Source: a virus (taxonomy: Duplodnaviria > Caudoviricetes). From it: a stretch of DNA of 64,000 bases. The DNA is taken from IMG/VR virus record IMGVR_UViG_3300046460_000097, one strand, 5' to 3'. Below the pieces are notes generated by a model. The model was given only the letters and a program-made list of their open reading frames with translations, did not search any database and was not told the DNA's origin. Both the position numbers and the translations under genes were made by a program. Shown piece after piece: positions 26,298-35,457 of this stretch. How positions within the stretch are numbered: position 1 is the first letter of the stretch; each line of letters begins with the position of its first letter.

Positions 26298-29200
26298 TTA
26301 AGGCACTACTGCGCCTGCTGCACCCACCCACTCAACACCATCCCAGGTGAAGGTAAGGTAAGTGCGGCTACCGGTCAGAGCAGGAGGAGACCCCGTGTTC
26401 CAGACCAGAGCGGTAGCCCCAGTAGGAGCGAAGGTAATGACACCTGCAGCACCGTTGACTTTCACTACCACAACCAACGCACGAGCACCGTTTGGACTAG
26501 CAGTCTTCGGACCGTCCGCCAGCGTGATGGTTTTGGCAGTTGCACCGGAGTTATCGATCCGGCAGAACAGGTTAACGTTCGGGTCGATGCCACCAGTCGC
26601 AGACAGGGCCAGAATCGGCACGTCGTAACGGTCGAAGGAGACCCAGCCAGTGCCTTTGTAGACGTATTGCTTACCGTCGTTCGCAGGCGCTGCGATACCT
26701 TGAGCTGGCAGAACCACCCAAGTCTTGTCGCCCTTACGGACATACAAGTTGCTGTCCGTTGGGACGTCAGCGAAGCCAGGTACGAATGCAGTGATCTGCG
26801 CCTGGATTTTGCCGAAGGCCGTGAGGACCGTGTCAGCAGCAGTGATAGCACCACCAGTACCGAAGGAGACACCAGCCAGCGTAACTGCACGCACACGAGC
26901 AGGGGTGTGGTAGAGGTTAGTCGTACCTTCAGCTACGGCGTCTGTAGTTCCAGGCGAAGCTACCAGTCCAATGTAAACAGAACCAGTCCAGCGGAACTGT
27001 GCGTTGGTTGCGAGGGAGATGTAGATCTTCCCTGTTTCACCCGTTGCAGGGAATGCCGCTTGGTTAGCAAACTCCAGAACGTCATCGACGTAGCTAGGCA
27101 ACTGACCTGCTGGGATCTTGCCAGCAACCAGAGTCGGAACACTAACACCCAACTCAGCAACCGGAACACCACCCAAGCTGGTAATCGTAGGAACGTTATA
27201 CTGCAGCCAAGTGTGGTCACCTTTACGCAGGTAGGTGTTGCTGTCCGTAGGAACGTCAGCGAACCCTGGGAATGGCAGTTCAACCCACTCACCTTCGTTG
27301 TCGGTGTTACCATCCTTGAGAGAACGGACGTACATCTTGCCCGGTTCCATGTCTGGCACTTCGTCAACCGGCAGTACGATCCACTCGTTGCCCAGACGTA
27401 CAGCCTTACCGAAGGACAGCAGCGGCGAGTTAACATCACCCGCAACCAGTTGACCCCAGTACTGCCAGCCGCCTACAGCAGACTTGTAGTAGACCTTGAA
27501 GGTATCCGACACAGCCCAGTCACCGATGTTACCGGTGAAACCTGCACCCGGTTCATCAACACCAGCAGGCAGAGTAATCCAGACGGAGCCTTTATCACCC
27601 TTGTCGCCTTTCTTGCCGATACCGATAGGGCCTTGAACACCTTGAACACCCTGAGGACCACGAACCAGACCGATGTCGATCCACTTGCCGCCTTCAGCAG
27701 TAGTCCAGATAGCCAGGTTGTTACCAACCAGATAGCCATCGCCCAGTGTACCGGTCGGATGAGCAGCAGCCAGATCACCGATGGTGTTGTACGCACCCAA
27801 GATCTGGATGGACGTACCTGGATCGCCCTTCTCACCGTTTTCACCTGGAGGACCCTCTGGACCGGTGATGTCGAATGGACCTTCCCACTCGCCTTCAGTC
27901 AGAACGTAGAGTTCCTTGGTGCTGACGATGAACCAGCCGTCACCATTCTGAGCACCCTGTTGGATGCTAGGCAGGTATTGAGGACCAGCCACGTAACCAC
28001 GCAGGTTGATACCGGTACCTTGGTCACCTTTAGGGCCAGGAGCGCCCACAGGACCACAGTCAACCCACACACCGCCCAAGGAGATGAACAGGATGTTGTT
28101 CAGGTCGACGTAAGCCTTACCTGGGTTGGTCACTGGATCTGGAACTTCTTCGTTACCAGGAGTCAGGATCTTGATGATCGTGATCGAGGAGCCGTTAGCA
28201 CCAGGAGAACCGTTCTCACCGTCAGCGCCTTTGAAGGAACCCAGCGCTACCCAGTTACCGCCGATCTGAGCATACAGGGTGTTGGTGTCACGTACAGCCC
28301 ATACATCTTGTTCCGCTGGAGAAGCCGGCAGTGCGGTGTAAGTAGCAACCGAACCCTTAACGATGATGTTGGTACCGTTGGTACCGTTGGTGCCTTTCAG
28401 CGAAGCCAAGAACTCAGCCGACGAACCGGTGAAGCCCTGAGACAGCCACAGTTGGTAAGTAGACTGCCCGCGGAAAGGACCAACGTCTACCCAGTTACCG
28501 CCGGTGAGAACATGCAGGTGACCGTCGTCATCGGTAACGTAACCATCCTGCTCTACCGGGTTAACGATGTTACCCAGTTGAGGAGCGTTGGCGACAGTGC
28601 CTTTAACGTTCAGGTTCTGACCGCGTGGACCTTCTGGACCCGGAACAACAGAGTGCAACGAAGTCAACCACTGTTGCAGTGTGCCGCCGTAACCGTCAGT
28701 GACAGCGAGATCGTAAGCAGACAGACCGCCTACAGAACCCAAGTCGACATATTCGCCCGGATCAGTTACCCAGACGTACAGGTGGCTACCAACGTACCAA
28801 GCCTCGGTTGGAGTACCCGGAGTTGGCAGAGCTGCTTCGTTAACCTTGGAGCCCTTAACTTCGAACGGGGCACGAGCAGGACCTTCAGGACCTTCAGGAC
28901 CTGGAGTGATCGAAACCAGACTGGCGAGGAATGCGTCTTCGTCACCAACACCACCTCGGTCTTTCCAGATCTGGTAAGCGGACTTACCAATCAGAGTCGC
29001 CAGCCATTGAGGCTTGGTACCCACGAAACCTGTTTCAACAGCCGTGTCATAGGCACTTTGACCTTCAGGGCCTTCCAGACCGATGGAGTTCCAAACTGGA
29101 TCCAGGTCAGGATCGCTGCCGTCACCACCCGGGATCAGCAACCACAGGTCGCTCTTCCAGATGTAGGCATCACCGATGGTCGAAGACTGCCACGCAGGAA

Positions 29201-30674
29201 GCGCAGAGCCATCAGGCCATGTACCCAGCAGGGTAACACCGCGTTGACCCAGCAGAGAACCAGAGCTTGGCCAGTCAGTGCCGTTCCAGATACGCAGAGC
29301 ACCTTGAACGAAGTACGCAGTACCGATAGCCAAGCCCGCAGTTGGGATGGCGTCCAGCGCTGCTTCGTTGTCCAGTGTACCCACGAGGGTAATAGCGCCA
29401 GCATCACCTTTAACACCTTTCAGGCTGGCGATGAACTGTGCTTCGGTACCGCTGTTGCCCAGATCTTTCCAGGACTGGTACGCCGACTTGCCGATCAGGC
29501 TGGTCAGGTACTCAGACTGAGTGCCAGGGAAGCCAGCAGCTTTCGCGAGGTCATACGCGGACAGCCCGTCATCACCTTTAAGACCGATGGTTACCCAACC
29601 TTCAACAGGGATGAGCATCCAGATGTCTTTCTTCCAGTAGTACGCATCGCCAATCTCGTTGGCATCTACGGCAGGAAGAGGAACAGCGTCAGGCCATTGA
29701 CCCAGAACAGTGATACCACGTTTGCCCAACAGCGAGTTGGAATGGATCCACTCGTCGCCGTTCCACACGGACATACCGGCAGCAACGAAGTACGCATCAC
29801 CAACCGACAGACCGGCTGTAGGGATCGCGTCGAGGTCTTCGAAGTTGTTCAGCGTACCCAACAGCAGGATGGAGCCGGATTCGCCATTAGTGCCCTTCAG
29901 GGACTCTAGGAACTCGGCTTCGGTGCCAGCAGGGTGACCGTTGTCTTTCCACGTTTGATACGCGGACTTACCAACGAGGGTCAGGAGCCATTCGGCTTCA
30001 GTGCCGCTGTTGCCTTGACCGAGCCAGATTTGGTAAGCAGTCTTGCCAACCAAGCTGGCAGCGAACTCTGCTTCAGTGCCAGTGTTGCCTTGGTCTTTCC
30101 AAGACTGGTAAGCACTCTTACCTACGAGGCTAACAAGCCACTGTGGTTTGGTGCCAGAGAAGCCACCTGCAACAGCGATGTCGTAAGCACTGTCACCGGT
30201 GTCGCCTTTCAGACCGATAGTGACCCAGTCATCCGGTTCAGGGATAAGGAGCCAGATGTCGCTCTTCCAGATGTAGGCGTCGCCCACTTCGTTGTTGTCG
30301 CGGGTAGGCAGCGCCAAACCATCTGGCCAGCGACCCAGCAGGGTGATACCGCGCGGACCGAGCAGGGAACCGGAGTCTACCCATTCGATCATGTTCCAGA
30401 CGCAGAGAGACGACTCAACAAAGTAAGCATCACCTTTCTTGAGGTCTTCGGTTGGAATGGCGTCCAGATCCGCGTGAGTGTTCAGCGTACCGATGACGTT
30501 GAGGCCACCAACGATCAGCGCAGCGAGCTGGGCTTTCAGGTAGTCGGTACGCGCAGCCAACGCGACGGCCTGTTTGTTAGAAGGAGCGGCCTCGTCGCCG
30601 CCCTTTACGTCTTCTCCCTCCGCCAAAAGCGGTACGGCGGGAAAAGTGTCGGGTTTTTCCGTGATGTCAGTCAT
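26298..30674 (-). CDS. Long tail fibre with collagen-like repeats and foldon-like motifs
   Basis: Gly-X-Y runs (GPEGPEGP, GKKGDKGDKG); GKSAYQxW repeats; three foldon-like motifs; followed by assembly and accessory genes. Confidence 0.85.
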   Translation of the reverse strand: MTDITEKPDTFPAVPLLAEGEDVKGGDEAAPSNKQAVALAARTDYLKAQLAALIVGGLNVIGTLNTHADLDAIPTEDLKKGDAYFVESSLCVWNMIEWVDSGSLLGPRGITLLGRWPDGLALPTRDNNEVGDAYIWKSDIWLLIPEPDDWVTIGLKGDTGDSAYDIAVAGGFSGTKPQWLVSLVGKSAYQSWKDQGNTGTEAEFAASLVGKTAYQIWLGQGNSGTEAEWLLTLVGKSAYQTWKDNGHPAGTEAEFLESLKGTNGESGSILLLGTLNNFEDLDAIPTAGLSVGDAYFVAAGMSVWNGDEWIHSNSLLGKRGITVLGQWPDAVPLPAVDANEIGDAYYWKKDIWMLIPVEGWVTIGLKGDDGLSAYDLAKAAGFPGTQSEYLTSLIGKSAYQSWKDLGNSGTEAQFIASLKGVKGDAGAITLVGTLDNEAALDAIPTAGLAIGTAYFVQGALRIWNGTDWPSSGSLLGQRGVTLLGTWPDGSALPAWQSSTIGDAYIWKSDLWLLIPGGDGSDPDLDPVWNSIGLEGPEGQSAYDTAVETGFVGTKPQWLATLIGKSAYQIWKDRGGVGDEDAFLASLVSITPGPEGPEGPARAPFEVKGSKVNEAALPTPGTPTEAWYVGSHLYVWVTDPGEYVDLGSVGGLSAYDLAVTDGYGGTLQQWLTSLHSVVPGPEGPRGQNLNVKGTVANAPQLGNIVNPVEQDGYVTDDDGHLHVLTGGNWVDVGPFRGQSTYQLWLSQGFTGSSAEFLASLKGTNGTNGTNIIVKGSVATYTALPASPAEQDVWAVRDTNTLYAQIGGNWVALGSFKGADGENGSPGANGSSITIIKILTPGNEEVPDPVTNPGKAYVDLNNILFISLGGVWVDCGPVGAPGPKGDQGTGINLRGYVAGPQYLPSIQQGAQNGDGWFIVSTKELYVLTEGEWEGPFDITGPEGPPGENGEKGDPGTSIQILGAYNTIGDLAAAHPTGTLGDGYLVGNNLAIWTTAEGGKWIDIGLVRGPQGVQGVQGPIGIGKKGDKGDKGSVWITLPAGVDEPGAGFTGNIGDWAVSDTFKVYYKSAVGGWQYWGQLVAGDVNSPLLSFGKAVRLGNEWIVLPVDEVPDMEPGKMYVRSLKDGNTDNEGEWVELPFPGFADVPTDSNTYLRKGDHTWLQYNVPTITSLGGVPVAELGVSVPTLVAGKIPAGQLPSYVDDVLEFANQAAFPATGETGKIYISLATNAQFRWTGSVYIGLVASPGTTDAVAEGTTNLYHTPARVRAVTLAGVSFGTGGAITAADTVLTAFGKIQAQITAFVPGFADVPTDSNLYVRKGDKTWVVLPAQGIAAPANDGKQYVYKGTGWVSFDRYDVPILALSATGGIDPNVNLFCRIDNSGATAKTITLADGPKTASPNGARALVVVVKVNGAAGVITFAPTGATALVWNTGSPPALTGSRTYLTFTWDGVEWVGAAGAVVP

Positions 30675-30684
30675 AACTCAACCT

Positions 30685-31275
30685 TTAATAAGTGATAGTA
30701 CCGTCGTGTTTGTAAGTACCGTCGTATTTCTTGGCGCCTGTTGGATTAGCTTCGACGATGGTAAGCGTCCCTACCACGGTATGTGAATCGATGGTCGCCG
30801 TAGTGACATCGAAGTCAACAGTGATTTCCGTATCGAGCAAAGCGTACTGACAACTGTTCTTGATGATCGACTTAACCATCACAGGAGACAGATCCCCATT
30901 GCTAACAAGAATTGCTCCTGTCGTGCTACCGCCCTCTCCTGACAAGAGGTAAAAGCCCTGCATGCCTTTTGTCTTTAGAACCTCGAGGGTGAGAGGTCCC
31001 GGCTCGATCGGGTTTGCAATACCGTCATCGCTATACGTAGCGGGGGTATATTTCTGGTCTACACCAGTGAAAAGATTTGGGGAATCGACGTCCACCAAAT
31101 AACTGATAATGCCTGCATTCACCGCTTTCCGAAAGTTGGTGAACGCTACAGTGCCGAGTGTCAGGGTTGAGAGTGCATTTACGAAGTCGTGTTCATCCTT
31201 ATATCGTTCCTGGTTATAAGCGATGAACCTGTCCAAAAACAGTTGATCATTTGGAAAGGCCATATTAAATTCCAC
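30685..31275 (-). CDS. Tail/virion protein
   Basis: Directly upstream of the fibre; C-terminal YDGTYKHDGTITY motif. Confidence 0.7.
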   Translation of the reverse strand: MEFNMAFPNDQLFLDRFIAYNQERYKDEHDFVNALSTLTLGTVAFTNFRKAVNAGIISYLVDVDSPNLFTGVDQKYTPATYSDDGIANPIEPGPLTLEVLKTKGMQGFYLLSGEGGSTTGAILVSNGDLSPVMVKSIIKNSCQYALLDTEITVDFDVTTATIDSHTVVGTLTIVEANPTGAKKYDGTYKHDGTITY

Positions 31276-31352
31276 GGTAATGTCAGGGGTGGTAGATCAT
31301 AAAATTGGGAAATAGAATAATGGTGTTAAATTACTTTATAACCGTTTTCACA

Positions 31353-31374
31353 ACTATATTACTAGGGTAGATAA
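31353..31374 (+). promoter_or_regulatory. Putative early promoter (CTATATTAC)
   Basis: ACTATATTACTAGGGTAG at the head of the small-gene block. Confidence 0.6.
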
Positions 31375-31411
31375 CAGAAATTCGATTCTCTCCTCAAAAA
31401 GGAATATCTGC

Positions 31412-31915
31412 ATGCTGACTCCATCGCAAGAACTATTGGCTATTCTTCCTTACTACCCAATCGAGATTGACAATCGGGTTTACTTCCCGACTCATGTTGG
31501 TCACCCAGCGGGTACCTTCCGAGTGGGTAAACTCGGCGACGCTGTATGGTACGTGGACATCCGTTCGCGTAAACCTTACTACCGTTCGTTGGCCGAACTG
31601 CAACATCGGGCGTTCCCTGTTGATCGTGAGAAGCTTCAGGAGGAACTGGACTTCCTAGCACGCGACGAGTACAAGGCGGTTCCTATTCACTTCCATGGTG
31701 AGTTGCATCCTGTGGTGTTGGTAACACGGGCTAGTCGTGGTGTGGTTGATGGGTTAACCAATCCTGAGATCACCACCATCGGGGTGACTACCAAGGGTGT
31801 TCCTCTGGACGCTGCTGCGGGGTCTGTCAAGGTAGCTGCTGCATTGGTACAGAACAAGTGGTTCAAGGGATTCCTCCGACTACCACTCATTTTGGAAGAA
31901 ACTATTTATAAATAA
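31412..31915 (+). CDS. Hypothetical protein
   Basis: AAGGA RBS. Confidence 0.75.
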   Translation: MLTPSQELLAILPYYPIEIDNRVYFPTHVGHPAGTFRVGKLGDAVWYVDIRSRKPYYRSLAELQHRAFPVDREKLQEELDFLARDEYKAVPIHFHGELHPVVLVTRASRGVVDGLTNPEITTIGVTTKGVPLDAAAGSVKVAAALVQNKWFKGFLRLPLILEETIYK

Positions 31916-31924
31916 GGGGGCGTC

Positions 31925-32191
31925 ATGGGCGAAGTAGTTCAATACGCTGAGATGGTTAAACGTCGTGCCAATAAACAAGGTGGGCGTGACTTTACTCCGG
32001 CAGCGGCGGTACGAAAAGAGAAACGACGCAATGAGATTACTGCACGGTTGAGAGAGATCAACAATGAAGTCGTGCAGCAAGAAGAAATCATTTACGTCGG
32101 GGGTACCGTTCTTCTGCGTGAAGGTGCTGCAATTAAACGGTTAGCTCTCCTGATGGAAGCAGCCAAGTTACGCGATGAGTACATGGAGTAA
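31925..32191 (+). CDS. Small hypothetical protein
   Basis: Operon context. Confidence 0.7.
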   Translation: MGEVVQYAEMVKRRANKQGGRDFTPAAAVRKEKRRNEITARLREINNEVVQQEEIIYVGGTVLLREGAAIKRLALLMEAAKLRDEYME

Positions 32192-32193
32192 AC

Positions 32194-32406
32194 ATGGAAA
32201 ACGATGAAGAAGTAAAACCACCACTGCGATTCAGTGCTTCTTGCGGTACGGGTTCAGCGCTAGCCGCTCTTTTGTTTCTGGTGTGCTGGGTTGTTGGCTG
32301 GGTATTGGCCAAGGGGTTCTGGAGCACCCTCATTTCGGTGTGTCTTCCTCCGTGGGGTTGGTACCTCATCGTAGAGAAAATCATGTTGGCATACGGACTG
32401 GTCTAA
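32194..32406 (+). CDS. Small membrane protein
   Basis: GGAG RBS; hydrophobic, Trp-rich segments. Confidence 0.65.
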   Translation: MENDEEVKPPLRFSASCGTGSALAALLFLVCWVVGWVLAKGFWSTLISVCLPPWGWYLIVEKIMLAYGLV

Positions 32407-32460
32407 CATTTTAGGGGAGGGGAGGCCTCCTCTAATGCCAACTTGTATAGGGAACATGTA

Positions 32461-32745
32461 ATGCAATCAACGATCGTTGAACAGGGCGTAGTCCCTACAT
32501 CGAACAAAACTGTCATCCTTGGTAAAGTGCTTTTCAACGCAGCGCACGGGGAAGAAGAAGTTTATTCGGTTTACCACGAAGACGAAGGCCCAGCAAGTGG
32601 TGTGTTCTATATCACCCGGACCTGTGCCCGTATCGACTTCAACCTGGAAGTTGCAGGTGACGAAGATTACGAGCGATTGTCTCGTGAAGCTGGCGGTTTG
32701 TGCGGTAAGACGTACAACGAAATGAAAGCGTTTCTTGAGCGGTAA
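32461..32745 (+). CDS. Hypothetical protein
   Basis: AGGGA RBS before ATG 32461. Confidence 0.65.
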   Translation: MQSTIVEQGVVPTSNKTVILGKVLFNAAHGEEEVYSVYHEDEGPASGVFYITRTCARIDFNLEVAGDEDYERLSREAGGLCGKTYNEMKAFLER

Positions 32746-32773
32746 ATAACGCGAATTAATTATAACCACTAGG

Positions 32774-32802
32774 CCATCCTATCCCTACTCGGGATGGGAT
32801 GG
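32774..32802 (+). terminator. Stem-loop terminator
   Basis: CCATCCTATCCC-tactc-GGGATGGGATGG then T-rich tract. Confidence 0.6.
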
Positions 32803-32829
32803 TTTATTTAAGATACATTTGTTTTTGGG

Positions 32830-32850
32830 CCTATATTACTAGTAGGATAA
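32830..32850 (+). promoter_or_regulatory. Putative early promoter (CTATATTAC)
   Basis: CCTATATTACTAGTAGGATAA. Confidence 0.6.
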
Positions 32851-32891
32851 AGGTAATCAATACCTTTCAATTGGTCTTCGAGGATACTGTT

Positions 32892-33317
32892 ATGGAAAGT
32901 AATAAACTGCAACCTCAGGTTCTGATCCGCAAGGGTGAGGAAGGTTTCGAACTCAACTATGGCAAACAAGTCATGGGTGAGTTGGATGGCATTAAGTTCT
33001 GTGCCGAGCAGTGGTACATGGAGCTGTTTCAGCTCCCGTACACTGTGGTGGAAGAAGTTCCGGTGTTCTTGCTGGACTTCCATGTGGACGTAGAGATGGG
33101 TAACGACCGGAAGATCTTCCATGCATTTGCAAAGGAAGACTTGCGACCTCTGGCCATCGCGTTCTCCAAGCTTAATGGCGGTCGTTGGGCTGGGGTTAGC
33201 CACAAGGTCCGTTGGCTGGAGACCTATCGTAACGGTCATGTGGAGAACGCTCATCAGACCATCGATGAGTTCTACCTCGACATGACTCCAGAGCAGATCG
33301 AACATTCCAAGTTCTGA
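32892..33317 (+). CDS. Hypothetical protein (start MESNKL)
   Basis: GAGG RBS within the AGGATACTGTTATG leader. Confidence 0.7.
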   Translation: MESNKLQPQVLIRKGEEGFELNYGKQVMGELDGIKFCAEQWYMELFQLPYTVVEEVPVFLLDFHVDVEMGNDRKIFHAFAKEDLRPLAIAFSKLNGGRWAGVSHKVRWLETYRNGHVENAHQTIDEFYLDMTPEQIEHSKF

Positions 33318-33363
33318 TCTGCTTCTCCACCACAACACCCTCTCTTTGTACAAGGATACTGTT

Positions 33364-33663
33364 ATGAGCAATGAAGTTAACGTTACCGGTCGTCGTCGTG
33401 TTGTCGCTACCATGATGCGTGGTAAGAGTAAAGAAGTGATCATGGCGCGTCGCTATGCTTACTTCGATACCGCTATGCCCAGGATGTTGCAACTGGCGAT
33501 GACCTATTGTAACGAGGGCGATTTCATTGAGATCACCAGCGATGAATTTGGTTTTCAGCTGGGTGTTCTGCACGTCCGTAAGGGCGGTCGCTTCGAGGTG
33601 GACATGAGTCCATTGGTTAAATCCAGTCCATCCCTGCTCAAGCTCATGAGCGAAAAGGAGTAA
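33364..33663 (+). CDS. Hypothetical protein (start MSNEVN)
   Basis: AGGATACTGTTATG leader. Confidence 0.7.
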   Translation: MSNEVNVTGRRRVVATMMRGKSKEVIMARRYAYFDTAMPRMLQLAMTYCNEGDFIEITSDEFGFQLGVLHVRKGGRFEVDMSPLVKSSPSLLKLMSEKE

Positions 33664-33667
33664 CACC

Positions 33668-33934
33668 ATGGGTCAAGTTCTTCAGTTGTTCAACAACGAC
33701 AAAGGTGCCAAGTACGTTCGGTCTCCTAAGGCAATCGCCTTGGCAGATAGGCTGAACCTGGGTCGCGCTATCGAGACTCAACAGAACCTCGTGGATGTTT
33801 ATTCCGACCTCGTGCATTCTTCGGTCGATCCTCGTGATTCTTTTGTTGCTCGTCAGTTTGCCAAAGAAGCACAGCTTGATCTCGATAAGCTGGTTGCTGA
33901 ATACGCCGGCAAGTACGGTGTCCTGATACTGTAA
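33668..33934 (+). CDS. Hypothetical protein
   Basis: AAGGAG RBS. Confidence 0.7.
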   Translation: MGQVLQLFNNDKGAKYVRSPKAIALADRLNLGRAIETQQNLVDVYSDLVHSSVDPRDSFVARQFAKEAQLDLDKLVAEYAGKYGVLIL

Positions 33935-33944
33935 GGGGGTAAAG

Positions 33945-34265
33945 ATGTTCATCAGAATACTTAGTCCAAAGGAATACGAGGACAGTCTTCAGCGGATGGT
34001 CAGTACCTTAACGGAACTGGAGAGTGAAATTATTCTTCTGCGACGTAAGGCACGGACCATACACATCCTGGACATCTACAGTTACAAGACATACGCTCAG
34101 TTGAACGAAGCAGCCGATCGTCTTAGCGATTCTGCTAGAAAGCTGAATGAAGAAATCAGTCGCACGCAGAAACGTGGTTACATGTTAGCGTTCACTAAAC
34201 CGGCGTGGGTAGACAAGTTTCAAGAGCTGGTTAGAAAACTTCCCGATACATTAAGAAACCGTTAG
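33945..34265 (+). CDS. Hypothetical helical protein
   Basis: Operon context. Confidence 0.6.
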   Translation: MFIRILSPKEYEDSLQRMVSTLTELESEIILLRRKARTIHILDIYSYKTYAQLNEAADRLSDSARKLNEEISRTQKRGYMLAFTKPAWVDKFQELVRKLPDTLRNR

Positions 34266-34278
34266 CAGGAGATTCACC

Positions 34279-34521
34279 ATGGACCGTACTACCATTCGTC
34301 AACAGATCAAGAAGCTGAACGAAGAAGCACAAACTTACAAAGGCTGCAAGCACCAAATCCTCTCCGCCGGTTATAACCTGCGAGTGGGCGTGTTCCGTAG
34401 TGCGGTGAATGTACGGGTGATGGACCAGATGAAAGCTGTCGGTCGTGCCCTCCGCGAAGAAGTCAAGAAACTTCGCCAAGAAGAGACTGCCATTATCGGT
34501 AGCAACTCGGTAATGCTCTAA
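34279..34521 (+). CDS. Hypothetical basic protein
   Basis: AGGAG RBS. Confidence 0.7.
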   Translation: MDRTTIRQQIKKLNEEAQTYKGCKHQILSAGYNLRVGVFRSAVNVRVMDQMKAVGRALREEVKKLRQEETAIIGSNSVML

Positions 34522-34534
34522 ACTAAAGATTCCT

Positions 34535-34573
34535 TATAACCCTCCTATCCCTTGATGGGGTAGGAGGGTTATA
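34535..34573. terminator. Bidirectional hairpin (TATAAC family)
   Basis: TATAACCCTCCTATCCC-ttgat-GGGGTAGGAGGGTTATA between convergent genes. Confidence 0.75.
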
Positions 34574-34594
34574 GTTGTGGTTTCTTTTTTTGTC

Positions 34595-35428
34595 TCAGGA
34601 GAAACTATTATGTGTAACGACCCAGTCGTCTATGATGTACAAGCTGTCTTCGCTGTCAATGCTGATGCAAGCTGTTCCCATGGGTTTGAGTTGTTCAAAG
34701 GAAACAATCTTGAGTTTGACGTCTTCGTACAGACTCAAGTCAATGATAGAACCCAGGCTGTCACCCAGTAACCCGTCTACGAGCCCCACGATGTCCCTGT
34801 GCTTGAATTCAACCCGATACAGTGATTCATACGGGTCTAGCGTAGCGACGCCCCCAAGGCTCCACATGAGCTCCTTGAAGTTAGCAGCTCCTGTCTGGTT
34901 TTCCATCAGGACACTAACACCCCTCTCCGATATATGAACACTGGATAGTTCGATCATACGTTCTGCAAGTGCGTAGCGGTCTCCATATGAGAGTTCCATC
35001 ACTGGGCTGTCTATAACTATACCAGATGAAACAAGAGAAGCCGCCAGCTGATGGAGGTCACGGTCGAGGCCCACCGTAGCTATGCTAGTCCCCCCTACCT
35101 CCCCCACTACCGGCAAGTAGTAACAGAACTGATCGAAGTGCCCGACAATATCTTGGGTGGTCGTAACGTACCCCTGTGCACTCGGCTCGGCTTCGTGTAC
35201 TTGCCAAAGATGTAGTGGGTGAGAATCAGCTGTGCGGCCATCCTCTAAGGTAAACCGAAAGCATTCAGTAACACCCTGAGGGAAACAGTTAGTGATGTTC
35301 GCTACGTTCCCCTTAGGCCCGATCACTTGGTCGCCTATCTTAAGGTCGCCAAGTCTTGTCCAGCCCCCTGGTGTCTTTACCAGGGTATGAAGTGGCATAG
35401 CTTTGCCACTAGCGAAGATGTTTACCAT
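34595..35428 (-). CDS. Stand-alone intein/Hint protein (class-3 signature) with vestigial exteins
   Basis: Block A K|AMPLHTLVKTPGGW..LGDL.IGD.V; block B DG...HLWQV; block F TACISID; block G VVTHN|S; AAGG RBS before ATG 35428. Confidence 0.85.
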   Translation of the reverse strand: MVNIFASGKAMPLHTLVKTPGGWTRLGDLKIGDQVIGPKGNVANITNCFPQGVTECFRFTLEDGRTADSHPLHLWQVHEAEPSAQGYVTTTQDIVGHFDQFCYYLPVVGEVGGTSIATVGLDRDLHQLAASLVSSGIVIDSPVMELSYGDRYALAERMIELSSVHISERGVSVLMENQTGAANFKELMWSLGGVATLDPYESLYRVEFKHRDIVGLVDGLLGDSLGSIIDLSLYEDVKLKIVSFEQLKPMGTACISIDSEDSLYIIDDWVVTHNSFS

Positions 35429-35457
35429 AAACCTTGTCCTTAAAAGGGAAACCAATA

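Noticed and set aside
26667-29909. 1080-aa + strand ORF
   Set aside because: Antisense shadow of the tail fibre; no RBS or motifs, explained by the fibre's codon bias
34607-35401. Active homing endonuclease within the intein
   Set aside because: No intact LAGLIDADG blocks; only eroded remnants
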